Below are positions 37,931 through 50,008 of a stretch of 64,000 bases of DNA, one piece after another. How positions within the stretch are numbered: the stretch's first letter is position 1; the number at the start of each line of letters is the position of its first letter. This DNA is from Phoronis australis (taxonomy: Eukaryota; Animalia; Phoronida). The position numbers were made by a program, and so were the translations under genes. The stretch lies in the NCBI GenBank assembly GCA_002633005.1, contig NMRA01000225.1:117297-181296 (forward strand). Reading direction: 5' to 3'. The notes below the pieces were generated by a model. The model did not search any database, was not told the origin of the DNA, and saw only the letters and a program-made list of their open reading frames with translations.

Positions 37931-38422
37931 GTAGGCCTATACAGCTTTGTGCCCCAGGCTACACCTAGGCCTAACTGGTCGCTGGCCACAGCACTCGCTC
38001 AAACGAGGTTTATTTAGAACTTGGGTACTTCTGGCGAACTGTGCAAAGTTGTTGGCTTTCAATAGAGATTTGCCCAGACTTTGTATGAGTGCACCAAGCC
38101 TAAAAGAATGGGGGGCTGGAATTTTTGGGAATGTCTATCTTTTACTACAAGATTCACTGGGCATGTTCAGAGCTATGATTTGCAGACGCTAAATTTTGGT
38201 ACTTCCTGTCTTCTAGTAGAAGATTGTCTTATTTTCTACTTTTTTCGGAATTCGTGCTTCTCTGACTGGGGCAGACCTTTTCCATTTCTCCATATAGGGG
38301 TTCGTTCGAACTCATAAGTATGACAAATCCAATAAAAATGTTATCGTTTTTTATTCATTAACCCAAAATAAGGCAAACTTTTAACATAATAAGTAACTTA
38401 AGATGTACAATACTTTACAACA

Positions 38423-38648
38423 CATGCGCGCACCCAGCCTTCAATATGGGGGGGCTCGAATTCCCGGCGATGTGGGCCTTTTGCTAAAAAAAAAGTGGGC
38501 GGTCTAAAAAAAAAAACGGGAGCACCACTATGAATTGCGCGTTTGCGCTTCTTAGTGGACTTTTCTCCCATTTTCTCGGGCTTTTTGTCTCTCGGGGGCT
38601 GACCTCTTTGCCCACTTCACCCCCCAAGGCCCCCTGGGTGCGCGCATG
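38423..38648. mobile_element. MITE with TIR CATGCGCGCACCCAG and apparent 5 bp TSD CAACA
   Basis: caaca|catgcgcgcacccag...ctgggtgcgcgcatg|caaca. It is absent from the host copy at ~54610. A related element lies at ~42104-42255. Confidence 0.7.
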
Positions 38649-40264
38649 CAACAGCAAAAGTTTCGATGTTATGAAAGTGGACTTACATGTAACTATTACC
38701 ATTCTGACCAAATAGTGTTTCCTCACACCAGAATTCGACAAGCATGATTAAAAAAACATGAAGTTGCAAGGAACAAGAATTATAGACTTGAAGCTTCAAA
38801 ATCCAACATAGTTTATTTCCCAAATTAACATTATTGATATTGTTTACTTGATAACCTGAATTAAGAAGCAGTAAGCTACAAAACATGACTTGAAAGCAAC
38901 TGAGACTTAAAATTTAGAAAAATATGAATCACTTTGTGACACCAAATGAAGCCTTGAACAGCAGTTGACAGTCAAACAGTCAAACAAAAAACCATTTCAA
39001 AATTATTTCAACTATTTTTTCAGCTTAGTGTAAGATCACCTGAATGGGAAATTCACAGTAAAATAATTTGAATATATCTTATATTTTGCACAAAAAACAC
39101 GAAAATTGAACAAAGTTCCTTTTTTGCAGCAACGTTTGTCAAAATGTATCAACGTAAAATCTTCACAAATTACAAAGTATCCGATTGAACATGCCTTTCA
39201 GTTCAGCAAAAGTCGTCATATTGTCGGTGCCGCCAGAAATGAGACGAAGTCCAACGGGAATTGTGAGCACATTTATCACTTAATGAGTAACAACTGGGAG
39301 GCTGAAATTTGTGAACACTGTTGAGTCGTGCAGAATAGTAAGTAAAGATATGTCTAACTCAATTTCACCGTAATTTGTTGTCGAAAACAATTTACACAAA
39401 TCGTAACTTATCCCGCTGTCCTCCAATATGGCCGACGCGATCCAAACAAAGTGACCCAAATTTCGCCACAAAAATTACAATAACTTTACACTGCTTGCCC
39501 CGATTTTGACACTTTTTCTATTTGTACTGAGTAGAATGCACTGACTATCCGATGATAGCAAAGTATTTTTTCAAAACGAGAAAAATTGGTTCGACCCATA
39601 TTGGCTACTAGGTTAGACTTGCCTACGTAAGGAACAAAACACCAATGCTATTTTAACATAATAAGTACGCGTAACATTCCAAAAAAATTCAACGACCACT
39701 AACTACAAACTATAAATACACTACATATGCAAACGGATCATGAGATATTACTAATAAAACAAAGTAATGAAGACCTTCGAGCAAGCGATAGCACATTCAG
39801 TTACAAGGAAAAAAAGCGGGTTTCTGGACAAGTTCCTAAACTGATGAGCCGGAAGTGTGGGTATGGAAATAACCGATGACAGCCGGTAATTATACGCTCA
39901 CAGAGAAGGGTCAAATACTATTAAAAAATCGCTTTTGGCAAGAAAGGCGAAAAGAATATAAAGAGAGGGTGTCGAAAATAAGATTTTATGTAGTAAGTAT
40001 TTTCGGATACTGGAACCACATGGGCAGTTTGAGAGCAGGACTTTAAAGCCCGATGCAGTGCTGAAATGATTACCGATTACACTTGCGAATTGTCTAGTTC
40101 CTTTTGACCTATAGAAATGTCCGACGATGAAAACAAAGTATACCCTTTTTACATTTGATTTTCTTATGTGTGTTTCTATTTTTAGAGCTTTCTTAAGAAG
40201 GCCTTTGAACAGTTTTAAATTTTTTGTTAACTTGTCTATAACAAAAGTTCCACGTGCAAACAAA

Positions 40265-41035
40265 GTATGTTTTCAATCGGACCTAGCTGGATAAGAATCT
40301 GCTGTGCAAAAGATTCGAGAACAAACAATAATCAGTGTATTTAAAAACAAATGGCAAACTGATCAACCATATACATACACAGGAACAATACTGTTACAAA
40401 CAAGAGTAATTTTCCCACTGCAACAGAGTCCATAATCAAGGATATCAAGGGCTGACTTCCTGAATTGAGAGGTTCAATTCTCTCGGGTTATTTCTGCTTT
40501 TCTCCGTTGTCAAAGGTAAAATAGACGGTAAGGCGGCTGGTTTCAGTCGTTTTCTTTCACCCGTAACAGAATAGTCAGAGAAATATTACCAAATTATAAA
40601 AGAAAACACAAGACAAAACTATTTTTATAAGGCAGAACATACTTGACATTTTATCTTCATGTTTATACGTAGAGACTAATAATCTTTGTACCCAAGCCTT
40701 ATTTAAGACCTGAATTAAAATATGGGAAGCAGGCTAAAAGTGATTTAGGAATGCGTATTTTTCATGACGCCTAAAATGTGTTTATGATCTCAACAAATAA
40801 AATTCATTGTAGGTGTCAATATTTATTCCAATGCAATGTTACGAATTTACTGAATAGCCCATTCATGATAGTTTGGTAACTAACCTGGTAGTCCTAGGGG
40901 TGGAGTCTGCTATAAAATTAGGAAACTCACTCATCTAGAGAATTCCATTGGACATACCATAGTTTTGAAGAGTAACTGCTGTGAAAAGGTCACCCTTGGC
41001 GTCTGAGCGGCACGTCCCGTACACCTCTTATACTG
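40265..41035 (+). repeat. Dispersed duplication: 32010-32182 plus 40265-41035 corresponds to contiguous 59690-60570
   Basis: Shared blocks ggggaaatgacattcagtgactgcatcgattgtcttattgt and gtatgttttcaat..ctagctggataagaatctgct through gaaactcactcatctagagaatt...tacacctctta. Confidence 0.75.
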
Positions 41036-43240
41036 GGACGGACAGAATAGATTGTCTTAACTTCAGCTGTAGTTGGGCAATTTTGGTGATTCAAACACTA
41101 TAATCATGATCAGTTTTTGATGAGGAATTCAGAAATGTTATTGGTTTATGTTAACCATTTTATAACTTAACATATTTTTAACGGCGCAACCTAGTCACGC
41201 TAGATACGATCTTATCGGAGATTAGAGCAATTATGGAACAAAGGTGGCACTGAACGGTTAGGCTGCGATGGCCACGGCCAATTTGCCCTCCCAAAATATT
41301 AAAATCTAGGGGTAGGCCAGGCTTGGGGGAATTTTTTAGGTATTGCATGTAGGCCAAGTGAATGTAGTTTGTTTGTATTGGTGAGCATACTGAGAATGAA
41401 ACAAGACCTCTTGCTCGGCTATAGCTGCACTCTTCAAGATGACGGTCCCCTGTCGCATACAATTGTGCATTGCTGGGAAGCAACAGAGATACTGGCCGCG
41501 ATTTCAGGCAGCACTCAGATTTGCAAAAAACTTGTTGGTTGACAGTACTTTTGGACCTTATTTTTGGAATCGGAAGAAAATTTGCCTTCGGAATCTTATG
41601 TAGGGTTTAGTCTAGCCTCGGCAGGGAAGTGGTGGTTTTGGGGTGAAAAGTGCCGATTTTTCGTTTTTTGCCCATATTTTTCTTAGTCTAAGTTGGTTTT
41701 TAGCAGGAGTGAACGGGTCAAAAATACAAGAGGGAATAAAGTTTCTCTGCTCATCTGCAGGGCTTGGGATGAAAAACGACTCAAAACTTTTCTTTCTTTG
41801 CATGCAGTTTTTAACAATGAAAAAAGGATGACGAGTCCGACCATTGACGTGCGTTCTGATAGTCAAACCCCTGTGAGAACTTCTGTGCCCCCGAAAGAGA
41901 GCTGACCTTACAGAACACAGACTCAGTTCCTTTCCTGGGCATCTCTCGGGATTGTCAACGTACAACTATTCTTCTTTCACACACGGTATTCCTCTCTCAC
42001 GGATCAAGCACCAGGCACTTGTTCGCGTTTTGTAGCACGGGCGGATCCAGGATTTTTTTTAGGGGGAGGTGGGGGCAGGGCGCAGGAATAACCAGAATTT
42101 CGGCAGATGCGCGCGCCCAGCCTAAATTGTGGGGATGCAGGGGTCTCGAACTTTGGGTTTGCGGACTTGTTGACCAAACAAAACGGTAAACGGGGTTTGT
42201 TCAGGGTCTATGCATAGCTTATTCACCCCCCGAGCCCCCTTGGCTGCGCGCATGTGCTAGTCAGCGAGTCACATCCGAACTCCCAAATGGTATCTGGTAG
42301 GATTTTAGGGGGGACCATGGCCCCCTTGCTCTCCCTAAATCCGCCACTGTGTAGTATCCCCACATTAATTATTTGCTCTCAAAGAGATCAGCCCTACACT
42401 TACACATTATTTCGAACCTTTCCTAATTACCTCCCCGGCCTTAATCTGATATCGGTAGGTACATGTACTAGCTCATTCCCTTAGCCGAGAAATTTATAGT
42501 AAATTCTTCTCTCATGCAAGCTTGGCCTTCTCACGGTTTCAAATTTGACTATGAAAGTAAGAAAACTTAGCTGCGATCGGAAGATTCTTAATATGCGGCC
42601 AAGTATTTTGGGTTAGTCTTCCTGCAGCCCGTCAGATATTATATCCGGGCACAAGCAGTATAAAAATGGCCAGTTGCCGATTTGGGCAACTGAACGAAGG
42701 GCTGTTCGAAAAATTGTGATTGTTTTCACTTTAGGCCAGCTCCCACACAGCATATTGCTGGTTTGCACTCCGTTCAGTATGTTCTCTCCCTAATTGCGGC
42801 ATATAATGAAAAAGCAAGATTTCCCTTGCCGTGTGGCATTGAGGTCACCCCCAGACTTAAACATCCGCCGCGGAACATTGTTGAAAGATCGCCAATTGCG
42901 GGTATGTCTGCTTATCCCAACCCCCTGTTGCGAGGGAACCGTTGAATAATGACGTCACAGGTTTTCACGGATGTGAGGTCATTTTTATCATGGACTGAAA
43001 ATTCTTCACATTAAACTGAGACCCTGTGAAAAGGGTCATTTTTCACGGGGTCATTATTTACTGCCACACCGGCTCGGTAAGGCATATTTCCAATCGGTTT
43101 CGAGTGGGAAATTCTGTATTTTGGGTATAAGTCGGGTGCGCAATTGAGTCGTATAAGTTTGATATTTTGGTTACTATGCACTTTACTTTTTTGCTCAAAT
43201 TTTGAGTCACAAAACAAAGAGCTCGTAAGCAAGCAGTGCA
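41036..43240 (+). repeat. Repeat blocks recurring at 44115-44325 and 47055-48445
   Basis: Shared blocks gaatagattg...gatacgatcttatcggagattaga; agaacacagactca..tcctttcc...gatcaagcaccagg; ccaaccccctgttgcg...gtgggaaattctgtatttt; gagctcgt..gcaagcagtgc. Confidence 0.7.
42036..42349. mobile_element. CAC/CAG-terminal MITE with 5 bp TSD TGTAG and a nested second MITE
   Basis: tgtag|cacgggcggatcc...aatccgccactg|tgtag. The paralogous empty site at 47189-47193 has a single TGTAG. Confidence 0.8.
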
Positions 43241-44464
43241 AATATACGCATGGTCGCTCCGCTTAAACTATGGTGGCAGAACATAAAGAACCTATTGGCA
43301 GCACCACTAAACTCCAAACCAAAAACCCATGACTGAATGACAGGACCATAGACATCACATAGACCGAGCGCACGCGCTCCTGCCGATGACAACTTGACGC
43401 CATATTGGAGAGTGCTACTAGTCACGTGACACGGCTAATTGCCGTGTAAACAAAAGGGGCAAATTGTCCTTTTCAAAACGCGATATCTGACAAATAAAGA
43501 GGCCGATGATTTTTCCAGAAACATACAAAATCATGTGATGTAGCAATTACAGGCGTATTTTAAGATTTAATCAGTCGATAGGGAAAATATCAAACTATTA
43601 GAAGATCGCAACCATTGGCAAATTTTCGAGTGGCCTGAGCAGCTGCCCGCCTGTCAATCCACTGCGAGCGTTTTATTTTTTCGTTCTTTTCAAGAGAAAC
43701 CACTGAGATCGCGCAACTTTATCATTTAATTCGTGTCACTCGATGCAAAAACATTATATCCAGGAGAAGTGCCGCTCACTCTGGACGTACCTTCGTCGTG
43801 CCCCAAGTAAGCCTTTTCACAGAGCGTTGATCAATGACCCCGGGTAACTTAGTAAAATTAATATATGACCCGGGTCGCTTTTAATGGGGTCTAAATTTAA
43901 TATGAACTACTGTGAAAAATGACTTCATTTGGGTCATATAAATATTGGGGCGTTCTCCCGTTCAGTGCAGCGGTTGTGAGCGTGTGATAACATTTAGCTC
44001 CTTTGTTAACTGCCGAGCATAGTCTTTTTGTCTGGTACGACAACATGCAGATAAATCTACCAGGCTTATAACCGATCACATGTGAACACAGTCAAACCCA
44101 GTACGTTGATACGTTCGGATGGAATAGATTGTTTTAACTTCGTTTGTATTTGGGCGATTTTGGTGATTGAAAAACTATAAGCTAGATCAGTATTTGGTGG
44201 GCAATTCAGATATGTCATTGGTTTATGTTCAAACATTTTATAACTTAGCTTATTTTAAACAGCACAGCCCAGTGAGGATATAAGATACGATCTTATCGGA
44301 GATTAGACCAATTATCGAACAAAAGAGAGCTGACCGAGACCCTCCTACCCTAATTTCCCTATTTTGTTGCAATTTTCATTTATATCATGTGCCTTGAGAC
44401 TTTATTAAAGAGTTTTGATCATTTTAATGGAAAAGTTTTTATTTGGGGTCATATTGGGGTCATT

Positions 44465-46945
44465 TGTAATCGTCCCATTAATGGGACAGTGGGAAAAAAT
44501 GGGTGCTATATACAACATTTAAGCAGATTTATTTTTTACATAATGCCAGTTCATTTTATTACTTTATATGGATTAACACATCGTTTTCATGCATATAAAA
44601 TGAACAAGAACTTATCACAATAACAATTATGACTTCTTTTAAGACAATTATCGCTAACAAACAGTTTTTGGAATATTGCGTACTGCACACTTTTATTTCG
44701 TAGTCGGCCACAGTAACACGTTGTTATGACGGCATTGAGCCTGAGTAATGTCACTGGTGGTATGCAACAAAGCATCTGTCATGCAGGTTCGCATCACACT
44801 TGCTGCAGGCTTTTGTGGTTTTCTTTCCACAGACAAAACAGCGACGCTGAGTAGGCCGAGTGATGATATAGTGCTCAGTTTTGTCCATACGAACTTCATC
44901 AAGGACATTCTTAGAAAATGGTGTCGCACTTCTTGGTCTTCCTATCAGCTTAGCTGTTTGCCATCCTTTGGCAAGGTACACACTGGCGATGTCTCGCCTG
45001 ACGTCAAGCAGATCCTTGGGTTGTTGTTTGGCAGCTGGTGTGGCGCGGTACAAGTGCCACGCTTGCTGAACACAAACATCCAGACAGTATGCAAAAATGC
45101 ACTACCACCACTTTTTAGACCGTACACTAACTCTGTACTTATCAATATTCTGGTCCATTCTTTCAACCCCTCCCATGGTGTTGTTGTAATGTTTAATTAC
45201 AAATGGCTGTGAGATTTTCACTCTCTTCTTCTCGGCCCTGGACCATCGTTGGACTTGGTGGACGGGCTCTACTCCATGGATATTTAATGCTATATTTACA
45301 ATGCTGTTGTCGTTCCAGCGAACTACCATTAGCATGTTTAATTTGTCCAGTGCAAAATCGTAGTACCCACGCGGCTTCGATTGCATCTCTTTCATTGGCA
45401 AGAGAGGACAATCGCCGACACGATTTGCACGTATGGTGCCAGTGCATGCGATGCCCATCTTTGCCAGCTCGTCAATGAGAGGGAAGGACGTAAATAAATT
45501 GCCGAAGGTTAGATGGTAGCCGTTGTCTTTTTGGAGTTTGGCCAAGAAGTCCAAGACCACACCACATCCCATTCCAAATGCAGCAGATTCAGTTGCTTGC
45601 CTCCCGTTTTCCCCTTGATACGGTTCAAACCCAGTGGTGTTGTTAGAGCCCACATCTTGAAACCGAATCGTATTGTCTTCCCTCTAATGAACTCTTTGGC
45701 ACCATGCCGGCCATAATCCGGTATCATACTCTCGTCAATAGACAGGTTTTGTTGCTTGATGAAATTGTTTAAACACCTTTCGTTGATGGCTGATAACAGG
45801 GGCCTCACCTTTGACATCTTGTCTGTCACATCGAGAGAGTCGTTGTCTGTATTATTTCGTCAGAGCGATTTCTTGACATGGTGCCGGCCATGGCCACATT
45901 TCTCACATCTTCATCCAGTGACCAGTACATACGCCGGCGAGGAATGGGAGAATAACCAGATACAAAAAGGATTCCAAGGAAGCCACGCATCTCATCAGCG
46001 GTCACTTGAAATGTATGATTACCTTTGGATGCAGCATATTTGATAGTTTGCACAACTAGTAACTCATGATTACATCTTGATCAAAAAAAGTTCAAATAAC
46101 CCGGTTGGTGTTTGCGGCAGACTTTCACCATCAAAATAAACTGGCTGTCACGCAAATTTATCTGACTTTGGGATATCTTCTTCGGACCAGGATCTGGCAA
46201 CTTTCTGTGTCGGTTTCGGCTTACTGCTTACTTTTCGTTTCTTTGGAGCAGGCACAACAGGTAAATCATTACCACTGGCATCTTATTCTACCTCTTCTTC
46301 AACTTCCTCAACAACATTCACATGTCATTTTGTACCAAAGTCACGGACGCAGTAGAAGTCAATAGGCGAGGCGGCAAGTTGTCGACATTCCCACTACCAT
46401 CTTCATCACCACTGTCCTCATCAGTTACGTTGCCTTCATCAGGAGGATCAATGAAAGTATCAGCCCTTTGGAAGTGCTGATCATCTTCCAACATTGAAAT
46501 TGCATCATTTACCGTGAAGAGTCTGCAAAAATATGAAAAAATGTCAATGCTGATCGAACGTCTAGAGCACCCATTTGATCCCGTTGTTGGGACGGATTTA
46601 AATAACTTATATGTAATTAGCACAACATAAAACCACTGAGTAATATGTTATTCACAATCTACAATGGTGTTAATTCATATTTGCAAAATTTCACAGCAAT
46701 TGTTCAAGTAATAATAACACAAAATGAACTTACCTTTGTCTTTGAGTCATTTTTGTTCCACATGGATGGCCTGGCGTCACAATAACGCCACTGTGATGCA
46801 ATGAAGGGGAGATAATTGTAATTAGTGACACCTATTGTTTCAGTTACTTGCATGGATGGAAGTCATTATGAATCAGCTGCACAACTATGTCTATATTTAG
46901 TTTTAGACAGAGTGTTAAAGGGCGTCCCAATAATGGGACATTGGG
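44465..46945 (-). mobile_element. piggyBac transposon (degenerate)
   Basis: Right end gtcccaataatgggacattGGG|ttga (TTAA variant), with a matching gtcccattaatgggac at 44472. It encloses a piggyBac transposase. The left boundary is uncertain. Confidence 0.75.
44751..46750 (-). pseudogene. PGBD2/PGBD3-like piggyBac transposase pseudogene with an N-terminal intron
   Basis: Motifs FIDPPDEGNVTDEDSGDED, FLGILFVSGY..PRRRMYW, KVRPL, LSIDESMIP.YGRH, FGFKMW, NLFTS, GTIRANR, VRWNDN, YNNTMGGVERMDQ and C-terminal CFVC...CSKC..LHDRCF..YH. Frameshifted; catalytic DNxF reads GNLF. Mini-exon 46734-46750 (ATG...AG|gtaagt) splices to 46522. Confidence 0.9.
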
Positions 46946-47634
46946 TTGAAATGGGTTCAGTCGTCAGTATAAGATATTGGCTACATTGGTTATCCACCCA
47001 ACTTGTTGTGATATAGTTAGACTCAACGGGAGAACGTCGTAACGTAGAAAATAAAGAACACAGACTCAATTCCTTTCCAGTGCATCGCTCGGAATTGCCA
47101 AGAAACAAATATTTTTCTCTCACGCTCGATATTCCTCTCTCACGGATCTGAAGTCCCCCGATCAAGCACCAGGCGCTTGTTGGCGTTTTGTAGTATCCCC
47201 ATAGCGTGTGCTCACAAAGAGATCAGCCCCGCTCCGGCAAACATTATTTCGGACTGTTCCTATCCATCCCCGCTCTTAATGTGATATGCGTACTGCGCGA
47301 CCCTCAGGCCGAGAAATTTAAAATAAATTCTTCTCTCACGCACGCTCTTTGCTTATTCCAACCCCCTGTTGCGGAGAATCGTTGAATAATGACGGGACAA
47401 GTTTTCACAGACGTGAAGTTATTTTTTCATGGGCTGAATATTCTTCACATTAAATTTAGACCCTGTGAAAAAACTAAAAGGGATCATTTTCACGGAGTCA
47501 TAATTAATGCGGATACACCGGCTCGGTTGGGTATATTTCCATTCGGTTTCCAGTGGGAAATTCTGTATTTTGAGTAAAGGTTATACGCGCAATTCAGTCC
47601 TTCAGCTTTGATATTTTGATTATTATACACATTA

Positions 47635-48408
47635 AATTTAACTTGTTAAATGCATTTATCGTCATTATTTTGACATTGGTCTCTTTATTTTGATACCAGT
47701 CCTTAGGGTTTATTTTGCGTGCCCCAACCCCTAACCCCAACTCTTTCACCACAGGTATCTGATGGAAGTTCACCGACCAGCTCTGCAACCTTCCCCTCTG
47801 CCGATACCAGCATTGTTGTGGCTTCTGCGGCGCCAACCACGCAGCGCGGTCATGCACCTCCAAAACCACCAACCCACATGCCAGGTATCCCAACACCCGT
47901 AAAAGTAAGCAAACTTAAACCTCTCCTTTCAGGTTATGACTCCCTCTCGACTACGGAGCTTATCAATGGTTTCTCTTTTGGTTTCAGACTCGGCGCCTCC
48001 CAGATATGTCACTCCAATCCCCCCACCAACCACCCATCAGCTCTCCGTAATCCCGCAGTTACCTTTCAGAAAATACAGACTGAGGTTCTGCTGGGTCGCT
48101 ATGCCGGTCCCTTCCCATCCCCCCTTTTCTCTTCGTCACCCCTTTCCCTCATCCCTAAATCTCAAGTTTTGTGTTCATATTCTGTACTTTTCCTTTAAGC
48201 CCTTCAGGCAGTTCTTTTGTTTTTTCCCTCTTTCAGGGCTATTCATTGTACACGCCGGTGGGCGTTTTGTCCATGCCCATCTTGCAGAGTCTTAGTTAGT
48301 TTTATCTATTTACGTCATAATAAATGACAATATTTGCAATCCTCCTCTTGTTTTACTCTGCAACATAGCTCGTGGCGTACCCCGGGCAAAGTAGATTACG
48401 ATAAATTA
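47635..48408 (+). mobile_element. Internally deleted tyrosine-recombinase retrotransposon (Ngaro/DIRS-like) fragment
   Basis: ORF 47719-48198 has PTPVKVSKLKPLLSGY...LINGFSFGFRLG...NHPSA...P...QKIQTEVLLGRYAGPF..P...SPLSLIPK, typical of the RT N-terminus of Ngaro/DIRS elements. The segment is absent from the paralogous repeat at ~43185, with ATTA at both junctions. Confidence 0.75.
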
Positions 48409-49935
48409 CTTTTTTGCACAAGTTTCGTCACAAGTCAGAGAGCTCGTTAGCAAGCAGTGCCGAGAAATATACAAAATTTCCAATATCAACTTCGATATAA
48501 GTACAGATTTTTTTAGAGATTTGTTTGTTTTGATACAACAGAAAATATCTGATTTTGGAATACATATTAGAAATGAGTTTTTAAATCAGCATATATTTCA
48601 ATAGAGAATACACTATTCACCTAGATGTAACTCGGGAACCCAATGGTCGTCAGCCTAAGCATACAGTAAAACCGGCTTGTTGTCGTACTCACCCAATTAT
48701 TCCACTTCAAAGTTATGCTCTGCTTAGAACTTGATTTGACTCTCACAAATCCATAGTATTAGCTGATTCAAAAGTTTTCTTTTATTTATGCCGAGTTGTT
48801 TGAACTGTGCATAGCTTTTCGGCAGCCATTTTATAATGACTCCTATGGTCGTCATATGTTGCCGCCTTTTGAAAGAACAGAAAACCACACAAAAAGGCCA
48901 AGAAAATAGTGGAAAGTGGTTTACAGCAATTCTGCTACAACCACAAACTGTTTTACTAGTATGATATCGATTTTTAAGTCGATTAAAATTGATTTAGAAT
49001 TTCAGTTCTGGAAAATAAATCGCAATATTGCTTTATTCCAGATAGACCTTACTTATTTTCTATTTGTGTCCTCTTTCTTTGACTTTTTGCTCTTGTTGTT
49101 CTTAACACCACTTATCTCTGCTGTCTTTCTTTTTCTTTTCAGTTATTCTTCATTCTCTGTTAACACCTTGTCAGCCAAAACAGAACTGTAACCCTTTTGT
49201 CGGTGCAAGTTGATCATTGAACCTCGGTACAATTGTTCTAATAAAATACCCAATATCACATTGTTTGATTTTTTCTCACCTTTAACAGGCTTCTGCAATC
49301 ATAAATAAATAAATAAATACCCAAGTTGTATTTGCATTTTATTGCTCAATCTCTTTTATTTTTGATTATGTCATGCTGTGTTGTATGTAACAATGCAATA
49401 TGGTGAAATAAAGTCAATGTTTTACTTTATTGGTGGCCATTCTCTATCAATTCAAGTATTTTAATTTTCTTCGAATAAATTCAAAATGCTTTAACCAAAA
49501 ATTTCAACATAAATGTTGAGCTCAGTACTTTGTTTTGCAATAAAATACAAGTGGACAATATTTTGATGACCAAGGCGTGGGCCGAAACTGTTAAGCATCT
49601 AGCCTGTTCCATTTGTCTGCTGCGTTTTTCCTTTGTCCTAACGGGTGTCGGTTGGTGCCTGGGACAAATAGATACATTGCATAAACAATATCTGGGTAGG
49701 TTTTTGTTCCGTCTGAAGAACATTTAATTTCGAAAATATCTTCTGAAAATGAACAAAAAAGTGCATTAGTAAAATCTATAAGTTTTTAAGTGGTCTCAAA
49801 AAAACGGCAAATGCATTAATTTTAGTCTCAGTTCTTCCATGCGTGTTTCTTCCGAGAGGTTAGTACCTAACGTGCAGACGAGCACCCCAAATTGGAACGC
49901 TAAGTCCCGCGTGGCTGCGCTGCACGCGAAAGAAG

Positions 49936-50008
49936 ATGGCGGACGACCTTTGGAGCCTGACGACGATACGTATCCGGACTATACTGATTTCGATGCCCCG
50001 GCTGGCGA
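49936..50008 (+). other. Possible orphan first exon (CpG-rich, aagATGGCGG start, strong donor)
   Basis: aagATGGCGGAC in a CpG-rich patch, ending a|gtaagt. No convincing downstream exons could be assembled. Confidence 0.3.

Larger units (their letters stand above)
32288..40042. mobile_element. ~2.6 kb TTAA-flanked non-autonomous (Kolobok-like) element, copy 1, interrupted by Academ and a MITE
   Basis: ttaa|AGACCTGGTCGCA...TGAGAGCAGGACT|ttaa. 32288-32891 plus 37931-40042 is colinear with 53381-56031. Confidence 0.75.

Noticed and set aside
37947-38192. ORF open in both copies of the TTAA element (also 54115-54339)
   Set aside because: Short, with many non-conservative changes and different end points; explained by nucleotide similarity.
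44748-45212. + strand 154 aa ORF
   Set aside because: Antisense to the piggyBac transposase C-terminus.
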